This document shows positions 26,160 to 38,036 of a DNA stretch of 64,000 nucleotides, one piece after another; within the stretch, counting starts at the first letter, position 1, and every line of letters begins with the position of its first letter. The stretch spans positions 33,110,001-33,174,000 of the forward strand of contig NW_024704742.1 in NCBI RefSeq assembly GCF_018977255.1. The letters are read 5' to 3'. The notes below the pieces were generated by a model. It saw only the letters and a list, made by a program, of their open reading frames with translations. It had not been told where the DNA came from and made no database searches. A program made the position numbers and the translations under genes. This stretch comes from Callorhinchus milii (taxonomy: Eukaryota).

Positions 26160-26316
26160 CTCAATACAATGTGGGACTTTGCTATGCAAAAATTAACTGC
26201 CACATCCAACTACAAATTTCCAGCTACTACATTCTACAATAAATCCTGTGAAGAACTTTGAGACATTTTTGACAATGTGATAAGGTGTTATATGAAACAC
26301 AAGGACTATTATTATT
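26160..26316 (+). mobile_element. Deu-type SINE 3' fragment
   Basis: tgtgggactttgctatgcaaaaattaactgcc..gtgaagaactttgagacatt..aaggactattattatt. Confidence 0.65.
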
Positions 26317-26624
26317 CACATCAATAAAAATAATACTACTTGTCAAAATCTCTCAAAACACTTCATATAATGAATTATTTTGAGCTGTGGTAATGATTCC
26401 GTAGGCAAGCAAGAAGTCTAATTTTTGCCAGCGACATCCCGTAAACATTGAAATAAATAGTCAACTGCTCTGTTTTTCGATGACATTTGCTTAGGCAATC
26501 TCATTTGAAATGCTCCATGTGATCTTTGTCAATCAAAATTGGACCTCAAATTAACTATGGCTCCATTATTGCAGCACTGCGCTATGTGGCAATCCCAGAT
26601 TATGAGTTGGGTGTCAAACAATTT

Positions 26625-27330
26625 ATCACAGAATCACAGAAGCCCTTTGGTCCATTTGATTTCAGCCTTCCAGAATGCCCACACTACTCTTCTCCTATTC
26701 TGGCATCAGGCTCCTTTTTAATTGATTCCAGCCTCTTGGTCCCAGCCATCCTTCCTGGTAAACGGTTTCAATCATTAATTACTCTCTGGGTAAATAAATA
26801 CTTTCTGGTGTCTGTCCTGAAACTGCCTTTTGCAACGCTAAACCTGGGTTCTCTTGTTCTGCTGTATTGGTGCATCTGGAAGTATTGTTCTGAGTTTGCT
26901 CCCTCAATATCACTTGAAATCTTGTATACCTCCAGAGAGTACTCTATGAAAAGGTTTCTTTGAAGAGCCTTAGCTTGTCTAATCATTGTTCAAAGCTCAT
27001 TCCGCTAACATCAAGGATGATCCTTGTTGTTCGAATCTTTGCCATTTCTGAAGCCTTGCCGGCCCCCGTATGTCGTGGCATATGCAGTACTCAAGGTGAA
27101 GCCTGACCAGAGCACTATAATACTATTTCTGGGGATCTAAACTTAACTGATTGGGCAACATAAGCCAGCATCCTGTTTGCCTCACATTGTTTTGACATGG
27201 TGAGCAATGAATCAGCTATTATTCCTAGATCCTTCAGCTTCCTCCTTGACAAGTTCTATCACATCCATGGAGTCCAAGCGTTTCCTCGTTTTACTTCATA
27301 TAAGCATAACCTCACATTAACTGAAACCTA
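26625..27330 (-). mobile_element. CR1 LINE 3' portion, degraded
   Basis: ORF 26768..26986 (-) EVYKI..SRTREPRFSVAKGSFRTDTRKYLFTQRVIN. Upstream, the minus strand has LVRLHLEYCI-like sequence (reverse complement of tatgcagtactcaaggtgaagcctgaccag). Confidence 0.8.
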
Positions 27331-27439
27331 TTTTTCCTCTTCCCTTTGGAATGTAACTAAATATTCACATAGAACAAAGCGCTGCACTGTAGGGCAGGAA
27401 TGGTGGCCATTAATTCATTAGGGAAATTGAAGTTAAATG

Positions 27440-28230
27440 TAGACTCACCTCTGAGTCAGAAGGTTGTGAGCCCCATGTTGAACCTAGCTCTTTGGCAGGA
27501 CTTCAAAGAGAAGACCGTCACTGGGGGCAGGGAGTCATCCCACTCAACTCCTGTTAACCCTGTAAGCCAAAGCTCTAACAGGTAGGGTGGTCTCAGCTGG
27601 ACGTGCAGCAAGAAAGCTTGCCAGACAATACTATCAATGCCAAGCTACAAGGTTTTAACTGGTTAGACTCCAGCAGTACCCCAATACACACTCTGGGATC
27701 CCCAAGCCTTGCTCTTGCCAACCTGTATCTAGTACTTTCCGGAATTAGGTAAGCAGGATGCGTCCCACCAGGTAGAGAGTGCGCATTCCATTCCATCAAT
27801 CTTATCTCTGGAATTTCCATGTGTAGGTGGATTGCATGGAATTCTCAGTTTGGTTTGGATACTCTTAAGCATTGGTGATGGGTTTCTACATTTGTCAGGC
27901 ACCTAGCTGACCACCCCAAAAAAGCTGGACATCTGACTTGATAGACTTGGCTGACCCTCCAGTATGCTAGGAGAGTGTTAATTGATACTGTCCTTTGAGT
28001 GAGATGTTAATTCTGCTTGTTTGGGTGGATTTTAAAGAACCCATAACACTATTTGCAAGGAGAAGGTAGTTTCACCTGGTGTCTTGGCCAACAACCTTCC
28101 AGATCAATTGTCATTCACTTCATATCTGTTTGTTGAATAATGTGTATAAATTGGCTGTTTTGTTTGCTTAAATTAATCACTGGCCTTGACAGTAATTACA
28201 GTGTATGTGAAGTGATTTGAAATGTTGAAT
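27440..28230 (+). mobile_element. Old Deu-domain SINE split by insertion of the unclassified repeat
   Basis: Head gactcacctctgagtcagaaggttgtg at ~27442. The Deu-like body (ggctgac..gtcctttgagtgagatgttaa..ggtggattttaaagaacccataacactattt..ctggtgtcttggccaaca) resumes after 27923. Confidence 0.7.
27495..27923 (+). mobile_element. Unclassified repeat, 5'-truncated copy
   Basis: Starts at gcaggact (an internal position of the 8424 and 14401 copies) and ends gtcaggcacctagctgaccaccccaaaaaa. Confidence 0.85.
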
Positions 28231-28404
28231 GTGGCAGCCGCTGCATATAGCACTTTGTTCAAAAAGGAGTGTTTTGCGATCAAAGGCTAAACTACAGCAG
28301 GAAAATTGCTTTTCTACATTGGTTATTTTGGGTCACAGTTAGGTGAGTGGCTGCCAATTTAATATTCCAATATTCTGAATTCAGAAATGGAATATAGAAC
28401 AGAT

Positions 28405-29238
28405 GTGGTGTCAACTTCCACATGTACCTGGATGACACTCAACTCTATCTCTCTGCTTCCACCTTCGATTCCAGGACTACTGACATCAAGTCCCGGATGA
28501 GAGCCAACTTTCTACAATTGAATGTCAACAAGACTGAGGCCCTCCTGATTTGCTCGCGCAAGCGCCTCTGCACCTCAGGCACTGGCAGCATCAGCACCTC
28601 AGGCACGAGCAGCAACAGCACACTCCACCTCACCAAGCCAGTCAGAAACCCTCAACTTGTTCGACCCTCAACTGCCCTTTCTCCCTCTGACAGCCTCCCC
28701 AACTCTTCCTTCCACAAGCTGCAGATCATCCATAACTCTGCAGCACGTGCCCTCTCCCACATCAGGCTCCATAACTCATCACCCCCACCATCGCCCGGCT
28801 CCACTGGCTCCCCATCCCTTTTGATAGAGTTCAAAATCCTAGTCCTCACTTTCAAGGCCTTCCACGGCCTTGCCCCTTCCTACCGCTGACCTGCTAACCC
28901 CTATCAATCTGTCCGCTCCCTCTGCTCAGCAGGCTCCAGCCTGCTCCAGGTCCCCCACCCAATCCGCCCTACCGTTGGCAGCCAGGCTTTCAGCCTCTCT
29001 GCTCCCACTGTTTGGAACTCCATCCCACAATCCCTTCGCCTTGCTCCCTCTCTTGCCTCCTTCAAGGCACAACTGAAGACCATCCTTTTTGACCGTGTCT
29101 TCAGCCGCCCTCTTACCCCCTCTGCCCTCCCTCATCCCAACTCTGCCCCCACACTCGGGTTCTGATCCCTGACTGTTCAGCGCCTTGGGACGTCCTCCCA
29201 ATGTGAAAGGCGCAATACAAATGTAATTTTGTTGTTGG
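28405..29238 (+). mobile_element. 5'-truncated, internally deleted L2 LINE
   Basis: ORF 28422..28889 contains MYLDDTQLYLS (RT YxDD), ANFLQLNVNKTEALL and IEFKILVLTFKAFHGLAPSY. Tail gcgccttgggacgtcctcccaatgtgaaaggcgcaatacaaatgtaattttgttgttg. Confidence 0.92.
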
Positions 29239-30369
29239 AATTGAATCTAGTGGACCTATGTTTACACTGAACTCATCCACATCACCACATCACAGTTTGG
29301 CAGCTGTGAGTTTTGCAAGTTCCCATGGGGAGAGGGGATAAAAAATAGTTCTGTTGTCTGATTTTGAAAACTGCCTCCATTGCGCTCTGAATACTCTTTG
29401 GTGTGCTGACTCCAGTCACCATTTTTGCCATTAAGATGCAAAATTATATATATTATTCAGCATAAAGCTCTTGAATTTCTAATCTGAATGGTATCAAATA
29501 AAACTTATCAAGTCTTAGCCCAGATTTTTCCAACTATCCCTATCCCCATGAGCAAATGATGTCGATTGCTCCTTATTCATTTTGCTTCAACATCAAATGC
29601 TGAAGCTTCAACCACTATGCTCCTATCCTCTGGAATTCTCTTCCAAAACCACTTTGCTTTTCTACGTCTCTTCTTGCCTTATAAACTTTCATAAAATCTG
29701 TCATTACCTGTGCCTTCAGTCAACATCTTTAAATGTCTTCTTTCCCTGCTTTGTAGCCATTTGTTTTTTGCTTGACCTTCACAACATTGTCTGCCTCTTC
29801 CATTATCTTTCCCCTGGGTTAGTAAGACCCACATCCAGCTTGATTTATTACAGCATCCTGTTTGCCAGACTCCCAGCTCCTCCCTTAACAAACTGCAGCT
29901 GCAAAAGTCTGCTTGTGTCCTCTTCCGCACCAGGCTGTGCAAGCCTATCACCCCCTCCGTCGCTTAGCTCCATGAGTTCCCCAACCCCTGAGGATCGAAT
30001 TCAAAATCTTCATCTTCAAATTCCTCTGTGCCTTTGCTCCACCAAACCTCGGTGACTTCCTGCGATCCTCCATCCCTTGTCTGCTTCATTCCCCCTACCC
30101 CACCATCGATAGCAAGTTTTCAGCCATTCTGTTGCCATTCTCTGGAACTCTATTCCAGTTTGTCCACCTCTGCTCACCTTTTAAGGCTAACTGTAGATAG
30201 CCTTTGGAAGGCTAAGAACTAAATTCTCTTTCATGTCCCAATCTCTTATTATTGATATAGTGTCTTTCATGTTGGGAGGACATTTCAAAGCGCACACAGA
30301 ATTTAGTGTAAGTGTAGTGACCGTGTAGATTGTAAATGAACATGACAGCCCCACATTGGGACTTTGAAC

Positions 30370-30660
30370 TTAATCTTGGCTCACACTCCATTTTAGTGTT
30401 GAGTGGTTCGTATGTTTGAGGTGCCATCCTTCAGATTAGATGTTAAATTGACAGGCCATCTGACTGTTCAAGGGATCCAAAAGATCCCATGAAGCTATTC
30501 AAAAACTGAAGGGAGATTCTCCCAGTGTCCTCGCCAACATTACTATGCCAAAATTGGTTGCAATATTCACCTATTCAACATTCACCAGTCACTACACTTT
30601 ACAGTTAATCCTGTGAAAAGGTTTGAGATATGAAAGGTGCTACATAAAATGCAATGAAAT
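30370..30660 (+). mobile_element. Deu-domain SINE (SacSINE1/AmnSINE1-like central domain)
   Basis: ggtgccatccttcagattagatgttaaa..aaagatcccatgaagctattc..gggagattctcccagtgtcctcgccaaca matches the Deu domain as I recall it. An L2-type tail follows. Confidence 0.7.
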
Positions 30661-30887
30661 GCGTAGAACATAAATTACATAACATAATTCAAGTCACTTC
30701 ACTGTTGGAAGCTATTTGAAAACTGGCATTCAATAACAACTACAACCTGCATTTATATAGTGCCCTTCACAGGAGGTAGCATCTTGGAGTGTTATTCAGC
30801 CATATGCAAATAATTTTTCTCTATCCTAGAATATGGGGAAAAATTAAGATTCGCTTGAAGAATTCAACAAATTTGCACAGTATGTAC

Positions 30888-30992
30888 GAAATATACAGTT
30901 AATTCACTTTACAGTATATTCTGTGAAGCGCTTTGAGACATCTAGCAGACGTGAAAAGCGCTATATCAAATGCAAGGATTATTATTATTATT
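30888..30992 (+). mobile_element. 5'-truncated tRNA-SINE tail
   Basis: aaatatacagttaattcactttacagtatattctgtgaagcgctttgagacatc..gcgctatatcaaatgcaaggattattattatt. Confidence 0.85.
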
Positions 30993-33900
30993 TCCAGTTT
31001 GAGCCAGAATGTCAAGCTTCTGTTGTGATAAACTCAGTGATGAACTGTTGTGTTTTGTTCTTAAAAATCCTCCACATGACCAGTTGACTTCATCTAATGG
31101 CTTCAAGCACTCACATGAATGGGCAGGCAAATGGATGCAAACTCCTGTACTGCTTCCTCTCCTGAAGACTAACCATGATTCTTAAAGGATGAAATTAATC
31201 CACTTTCAGTTTTCAGAGACCTGAAAAGATTCTCCTCAGTGAATTCTCTTGTGTCTCTTGAGTGTATAGTTGAAAGCGATAAACCATAATCACCTGCATG
31301 ACTGAAACCTAAACGTATAGGGAGTTTTTCTATAGCAGAGCAGTTTCAAATAAAGTCAGTTTTGTGTTGCCGAAGGCCACTACTGTTGAGGAATTTATGA
31401 TGATCTTAAGAGGATGATACCACTGTACTAGTGCTAATACAAACAACTGTGCATTTAAAGTCTGACACCGCAAGGTTTGCTCGTTTGACTGCTCCACAGA
31501 TTGATATGCCCCTTACATACAGAGTTGTTAACAAGGAAAGGTGATTGACCCCAGATTGCTGTATTCATTTAAAAGGAAACTGGATGTTAAAATGGGAAGA
31601 TGAGTATTCTGGAAAGATAAGATCAAATGGGCTGATGGGCTTTCTTCATCTGAATCAACCTTGTGATTATTTGCCTGTTTTTCAAATTTGATAAATGTAC
31701 AAGTTGGGGAAAGAAGAAGCAGTTTTCAAACTAGAGCTCAACCTGTGGATGACTTATTATAGGTATGGTCATCTTTTCCTTCAAATACAATCAAAAAGAT
31801 TAACTTATCTTTTTCCACCAAGTGTATGGTCAACATCCTTAATTTTCCCTTCTTTCCTCTGCTTGTAGATCCCCATCATCATTGTGAAGCATCTTGAGAT
31901 TTTCATCCTATGTGATGTATAAGTAGATGCCATATAAATAAGTGTTGTTGTCCACTCTATAGGTTGTCTTGAATAAGCTAGTGCTAACATAAGTATTATT
32001 GCTGATTTCTCCTTGAAGGATCTGACGATGTGGCAAGAATTACAAAATAAGGCACAGATGATTGATCTCATGTCGTCTTTTGAAATTGAAGGCAGGGTGC
32101 CCAGGTTTTCTTCTCTCATTGTGGATGACTGATCCTGTTTGTAGAGATAGGTTGCATTCAAGAGCATGCATATTTGCCATTCCAACATCCAGTCATGTAG
32201 AATACAGTTCAGACAAACTGGAGAGCAATTCATCAACCGCTATGTCATTTAGTATTGAAATGTTAAAGCCTCATTTTTGTTCTTTACCCCCAGATAAGGT
32301 TAAATTAAATCATTGTTGATGAATGGGTTATGCTCCCCTACTCATTATGTGAAAATTATAGTGGCCATTTCCTAGCTGCTCAGTAGAATAGCTTGAAATT
32401 GATTTGTTTTTTATAGTGTTAAATAGGTCATGTTTCACTTGTGGCAGCCTTGGGGCAAGAGAAGTGCTGCTACATGTGCTGTGTATAAACCAATAATTTG
32501 GCTTACAATATATATGCTGTGTCTGAGTCTTCTCTAAAATATAGCTTTCTAAATCTCAGCTGAGTGGGGAAAGAGATTGCTCCATTTCAGCACTATATTT
32601 AAAAAAGCAACTGGGTGTTACAGTGGGAAGATGAGTATTCTGGAAAGATAAGATCAAATGGCCTGATGGGCAGACCAGAAGCTTATAGGTTTGAATCCCA
32701 ATACTGACTTATTAGATCCCAGGTTGGGTAGCATTTTGGAAGACTCAGTTGACCTCAACGCTCCTCAGCTTGGAAGATTATAATTTACCAGAGTTTGCAT
32801 TCTTGATCACTATCCACTGGCTTCTGCTGGAAAGTTTGTGCATGTAGATGTCAGATGAGAACATATTGAACTATTTGCCTAAATTAACCTGGTAACTCTT
32901 CTTCATGTAACCTTGAAAATGGTCTGACCAGAGGCTCTGAAATTATACCATAATAATAATCCTTGCATTTGGTATAGTGTCTTATGTCTTCCGAGACATC
33001 TCAAAGCGGGTCACAGAATATAGTGTAAGAGACTGTAGTCTCTCATGTGCCAATATATATATGTAATTGCAAGCTGTAGCAATGAATGACGTGATTGATA
33101 TCTCTTCAGGTTCTTCTGCTCCAAGAGAAGATGCTTGTGCTTTCACGTACTTGAGGCAGGCAAGGTCGAGAGATGGGACTGAACACAAATTATTATAGAG
33201 TTGATGGGAAGAAACTTTGGATTATCTGTCTGGAGAAGTTTATTTGCACATTCTTAGGGTCATTAGCAAGGTGTAAATGGAGATCAATATACTAATTCTG
33301 CTACTCGTGTGAAGATTTGTTCTCAAGCCTGCTGTGATTCTGCATCAATCACTTCATTAGAAGCTATATTGATGTTGGATCACCATCTAAAGTCTCCACA
33401 TAATTTGCTCTCCAGAGCATCAGCATACCATGCAGGGTTTCCCCCTTTTCAGTCATGTTTATATATATAGCACATTTCATGCCAGGGGGATGTCCCAAGC
33501 ACTATTGCTACTCAGAAAAGCTTCCAATGCCAAGTGAAGGAAACAAATCATTGCATTGGTTTGCAGTGGTTCGGTGTGTGATAACCTCAAACTGCACCGA
33601 GGTTAGATGGGATAGAAAGCGAGATTGAGAAAGTCTGATGTACTGTGGTTGGAAGGGAAGAATACATTTCAGGGTACAGTTTGTGGGGCTACTCCATCAC
33701 AGATCCTCAGATTACGTTTGAAAAGGGAATTAATTTCTCATCTGATTGTTACACTTGTTTTGGAAATATGAAAAAATGTTGCTCCTGTAAGCACCTGATA
33801 TATAAGTGAGTTGTGATGGTCTCTTGTTTGAATTAGAGCACATGTAGCTTGCCTTTCACTGTGGTTGGAAAAATACTGAAAAGGCATTATTCGAAAAATG

Positions 33901-36899
33901 TCTGTAATGTAAATTAGGTTTACTCGCGGGAATTCCCTTTGTTAATCATGCTGACATGCGACACTTTGCATTCAAATATATCTTTGGTCGGACTGGATGT
34001 CTCCTGAGTCAGCTTGACATAAAGCAACTCCCTGAACAAAACTCAGGTTGATATCACAAGAGCCTTTTTGATGGCTATGTTGCTCAACCTCTTTTTCAAC
34101 CCCATTGTCAAGTATTCTCTTTGCTTCTGGCAAGAGTGGGAAGGTCATCTTCAAAGAGTTTAACGTCACAAACCTATTTTTAGTTTCAAAGAGATTAGAA
34201 ACAGACAGGCATAAACCTAGATTTCCATTTGCAGTAGGTTTTCTTTCCCTTTTTGTTGAAACAAAATGTGATTTAAATTAATGCAATTCAGTAGAGATTT
34301 GTAAAAATTGAAAAATCAATGGTATTAAAGTAATGACTGGTGCTTGCCAGAGCTTGGCACGGTTTGGGTATTTAAATGGTCAAAAATAGTCAGTGAAAGA
34401 TATAAATTATTTAGCTGTTTCAACACTTGCCTATTAATCCTTTGAGTCCTAAAGCTGTGATCACGCATCTCTGTGGAGGTGAGTACTGATTTATCAGGTT
34501 GGATTTGAGGCAATGCAAATCACTGTGCCACTGTCCAAAATAGATATGGGAGATGGAAGAAAGAATGAAATTATTTTATACAGAAATTAGAAATAATTAA
34601 ATTAGATCTTTTTTGCTGCATTGAATGATCCAGGACAGTTCAGTGGAAGAAGTATAACTGGCCATAATGTCTCCAGGCTTGCAACAGCAGGGAGGGAGAA
34701 TGTTATTTAGAGGTTGTGCTTTTGATGAAAGTATGCACACAAGGACATAGGTGAGGACACGGTTGGATTCAGCTGCTTTGGAAACTGTAGCTGAATGTGC
34801 ACTGACTCCTTTGGCTCAAACCTAAAAAGAAATTTGAGGGGCACAAATAAGTGTTCCAGTGTCGGTGAACTGAACTTACAAAAATCGCCACCTTCAGTAA
34901 GAAACAAGGGAAGTAGCTTGATGAAAAGACTTCAGAATCCCTTTCCCAAGAACTATATGGTTAAGCCTTTGTATCAATCTGAGCCCTGGGGTCCAAGTCC
35001 CAGCTGTGATTAGATTTTGTATCATTGATCTTGATGGTGATGACTTCAATCAGCTGGTCCACAGTGGGGCACGGCTGACGAAAGCAAAGGATTACACAGT
35101 TAAAAACTAGCACTGTCCATCTTTCTCCACAACAAGCACATCAGCATTGTTGTGGATCACACACTAACAGCAATCATTTCTTTTCAGAAGGTGGAGTAGG
35201 CACATTAGCAACTCAGTGCCTCACCTTTTGGCAGCAATATTTCTGTGTCTCAAAGGAGCCCATTCAGTTTAGCTGAGAGATGGAAAAATGTTTCAGCATT
35301 TGTTTGAGACTGTGCAGAAAGTGCAGGAAAACATATAAAGAACATTGTAGGAAATAAGGTGGCAGAAAACTGAAAGATTGATTTAAGCAATCAAGCTTCA
35401 ATGTCAGTGGGTGTGCTTTCATCATTGCAGCAAAGGAAAGCGGCAGAGAATACGTCAAGCTGATTCTTGAAAAAAAGCAGTGTCTAAAAATTATGCAGAT
35501 TATAAATTGAGATGCTCACTAATAATAACAAATTAACCACCACCTCTATGGAATCTAGGTTTTCCGTATCTGGAATTTTAATGCAGCACCAATTTGCTGC
35601 TTTGAATAAACTTACATTCATCCCTTGAGGAGAGAGAAAAAGCATCAGTATTCTTAGAGCATTGCTGGGTAGTGATATATTCTTCCTACATTGCCAGTTG
35701 TCCAGGTGCTGTCTGACTTGGTGTGGTAATTTTGGATGAATAAATGCTGCAATTCTAATTTATTCGCTAGTGGAGGTAATGGTCAGTCAGGTGTAAAGTT
35801 TTGAGTTGTGCTTGCTGCACTCTATAGTGTTAGTTTCATCTAAGGTCTGCTTCACTGAATACTTTTTATCACCAAATCTGGTAATCATTGGGTGACCTGA
35901 GTTAATTTAATTACTGCAGGACACCCAATCAATTGGCTCTCCAAGTCCTCGGGCAGAACAACATCAATCTAATTTCACCAGCAATGATGTGCAAATAAAT
36001 AGACACTTCAAGGACTCATCGGCTTTGATGGTTGCCAGAACAAGTTGATTCTGTTAGCTGTCGCCAAATTTTTTCATCACCCATCCAGTTATTGGAAAGG
36101 ATTGATGTCTCTTCTTTGCTGAACTTGGTTGGAGTGGTGTGCAGGTTTCCACAGTTCGATCCTTCAGCGTATAATGCCATCATTTCCTTTGGGAGCTCCA
36201 TTATGATGCCGTTTCAGCAAATGTGTTATGGCTAGTAATATGGAACTTACAGCTGCTTCATAGTCCAGTCCTTCCTTGCCATTTTTGTTGCCTTTAGACT
36301 GTCCTGGAGATTGCCTTACATTGTGGAGTCTCTATAAATAACTCTTAATTCTTCCATATGGGCTTTAGTCTGTCTAATGTTGATTATAATGTGGAGTGTT
36401 GAACCTCAAAGTCTGTAAATACCAGATTACTCGGTGACATTCTCGTCTCTAAGTCAAAAGTTGCGTGTTCATAATCTCATAATCTGGCTAACACTGCATT
36501 TGCAATCCTGAGACAGTGCTGCAATGTTAGAGGTGTTATCCTTGCATGAGACATCAAACTAATGGTTTGCTTGCCTATTATGTTGGTTCATGTGGATGTT
36601 AAAGATTTCATGGGACTAAAGCCCATCCAGGTATAGCATAGGTCTCCTTATGGTGCGGTGACATTGTGGATTTGCAGATTACCAGAACTTCAGTTTTTTT
36701 TTACAAAGTGCATCCCATTATAACACAAGATCTGCGTTTACGACCCAAATCGCCGTGTCCGCCTGAATTTTGATTAAAAAGTAGTAATTTCTCCTGGTGT
36801 TCTTCCCTCATCCAAATATACCAAAAAACATGATATAGTCCATTTGTTGCATGTAGTTTATTGCTCTTACAGTGGGGATTGCTTTGTTGCTCTCCTCTG

Positions 36900-37200
36900 G
36901 ACTGCCTTTAGCTTCTGGGCAACCTCCTTATGTTTCATCAACCATAACTGTATACAGTACTGCAGGGACAGCCTGACCAGAGCACTATATGGCATGACTT
37001 CCAGGGACCTGAACTGGTCTGATTTGGCAATAGAGCTCTATATCCTGTTAACCTTGTTTATTGACACCTAACACTTTTTTGACATGGTCAGCGATGAGTC
37101 AACTTACATCCTAGATGTCTGCCAGCTTCCCTCTTGGCAAGTTCTATCCCATCCATGGTTTACATGTGTATCCTATTCTTATTTCCTATATGTACTACCT
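36900..37200 (-). mobile_element. Degraded CR1 fragment
   Basis: Homologous to 27080-27300 (cctgaccagagcactata..ttttgacatggt.agc.atga.tca.ct..caagttctatc.catccatgg). Confidence 0.6.
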
Positions 37201-37339
37201 TGGATTCTTTTATAGTGATTGAAGCGGTCTGAGACGCTGCCCTGCGTGGAGGGTGCTATATAAGTCCAAGTTGCTGTTGTTCTTGTTCTTCAATTGTTTG
37301 TTATTCCTTGTTAATTTTTTTTCATAGTTGCAGGCTTCA

Positions 37340-37571
37340 TAGTTCAACGGCGGATTGCTTTCTGGGGGTAATAATCCCTCCAAAAAACAAAAAATAATTT
37401 GGTCACTCATACCACGACTGTTTGTGGGACACTGCTGCGCGCAATTGGCTGCTGTGTTTCTCCCACAAAGTTTACAGTCAATTCACTTTACAGTATATTC
37501 TGTGAAGCGCTTTGAGAATTTTCGATGATGTGTTAAGGTACTATATCAAATGCAAGGATTATTATTATTAA
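37340..37571 (+). mobile_element. 5'-truncated SINE, long subfamily
   Basis: Same 3' ~200 nt as the tRNA-SINE, but preceded by cggattgctttctgggggtaataat instead of ccacacgcctaataat. Confidence 0.85.
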
Positions 37572-37981
37572 CATCCATTCTATTCAACCCAAAACTTAAG
37601 GGGCTCTTAATTGGGTCAGTTTTATTTGAAATTTGGTGTCATGGAATGAAGGTTCTCTGTTGATATTACTTCTGGTCCAGTACAAATACTAGCCTCGCAT
37701 TTTGCCTTTGTTCCAATACAAATACTTCCTGCATTTACAACCTGTATCAATATTTTCTTCCAAGTATGTCAAAGTGCATTCTACCACTGCAGCTGAAAAT
37801 GTCATGACTAAGCATACATGTTTGTATTGTAATCTTGTAAGAGATATATTAGTTATTAGTAGAATGCATTGTACCTGAGGTTCATACATTTCTTTCACAA
37901 ATACTTGTCTGTGCAATACTTGCAAGAAAAATATTAATACAATATTTTTACATTTACGGCTATGTTCTTTCTCTTTTTCAG

Positions 37982-38036
37982 TCCGGCTCCATGACAGCAT
38001 ATCTGAGGAGGGATGCCATTATCTAGTGTTTGATCT
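37982..38036 (+). CDS. CAMK2: CaMKII coding exon (exon 4 equivalent), (V)RLHDSISEEGCHYLVFD(L)
   Basis: Polypyrimidine tract ttctttctctttttcag| and donor |gtaagt; 55 nt, phase 1-2, in frame with both flanking exons. LVFDL rather than the alpha-type HHYLIFDL argues for beta, gamma or delta. Confidence 0.96.
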
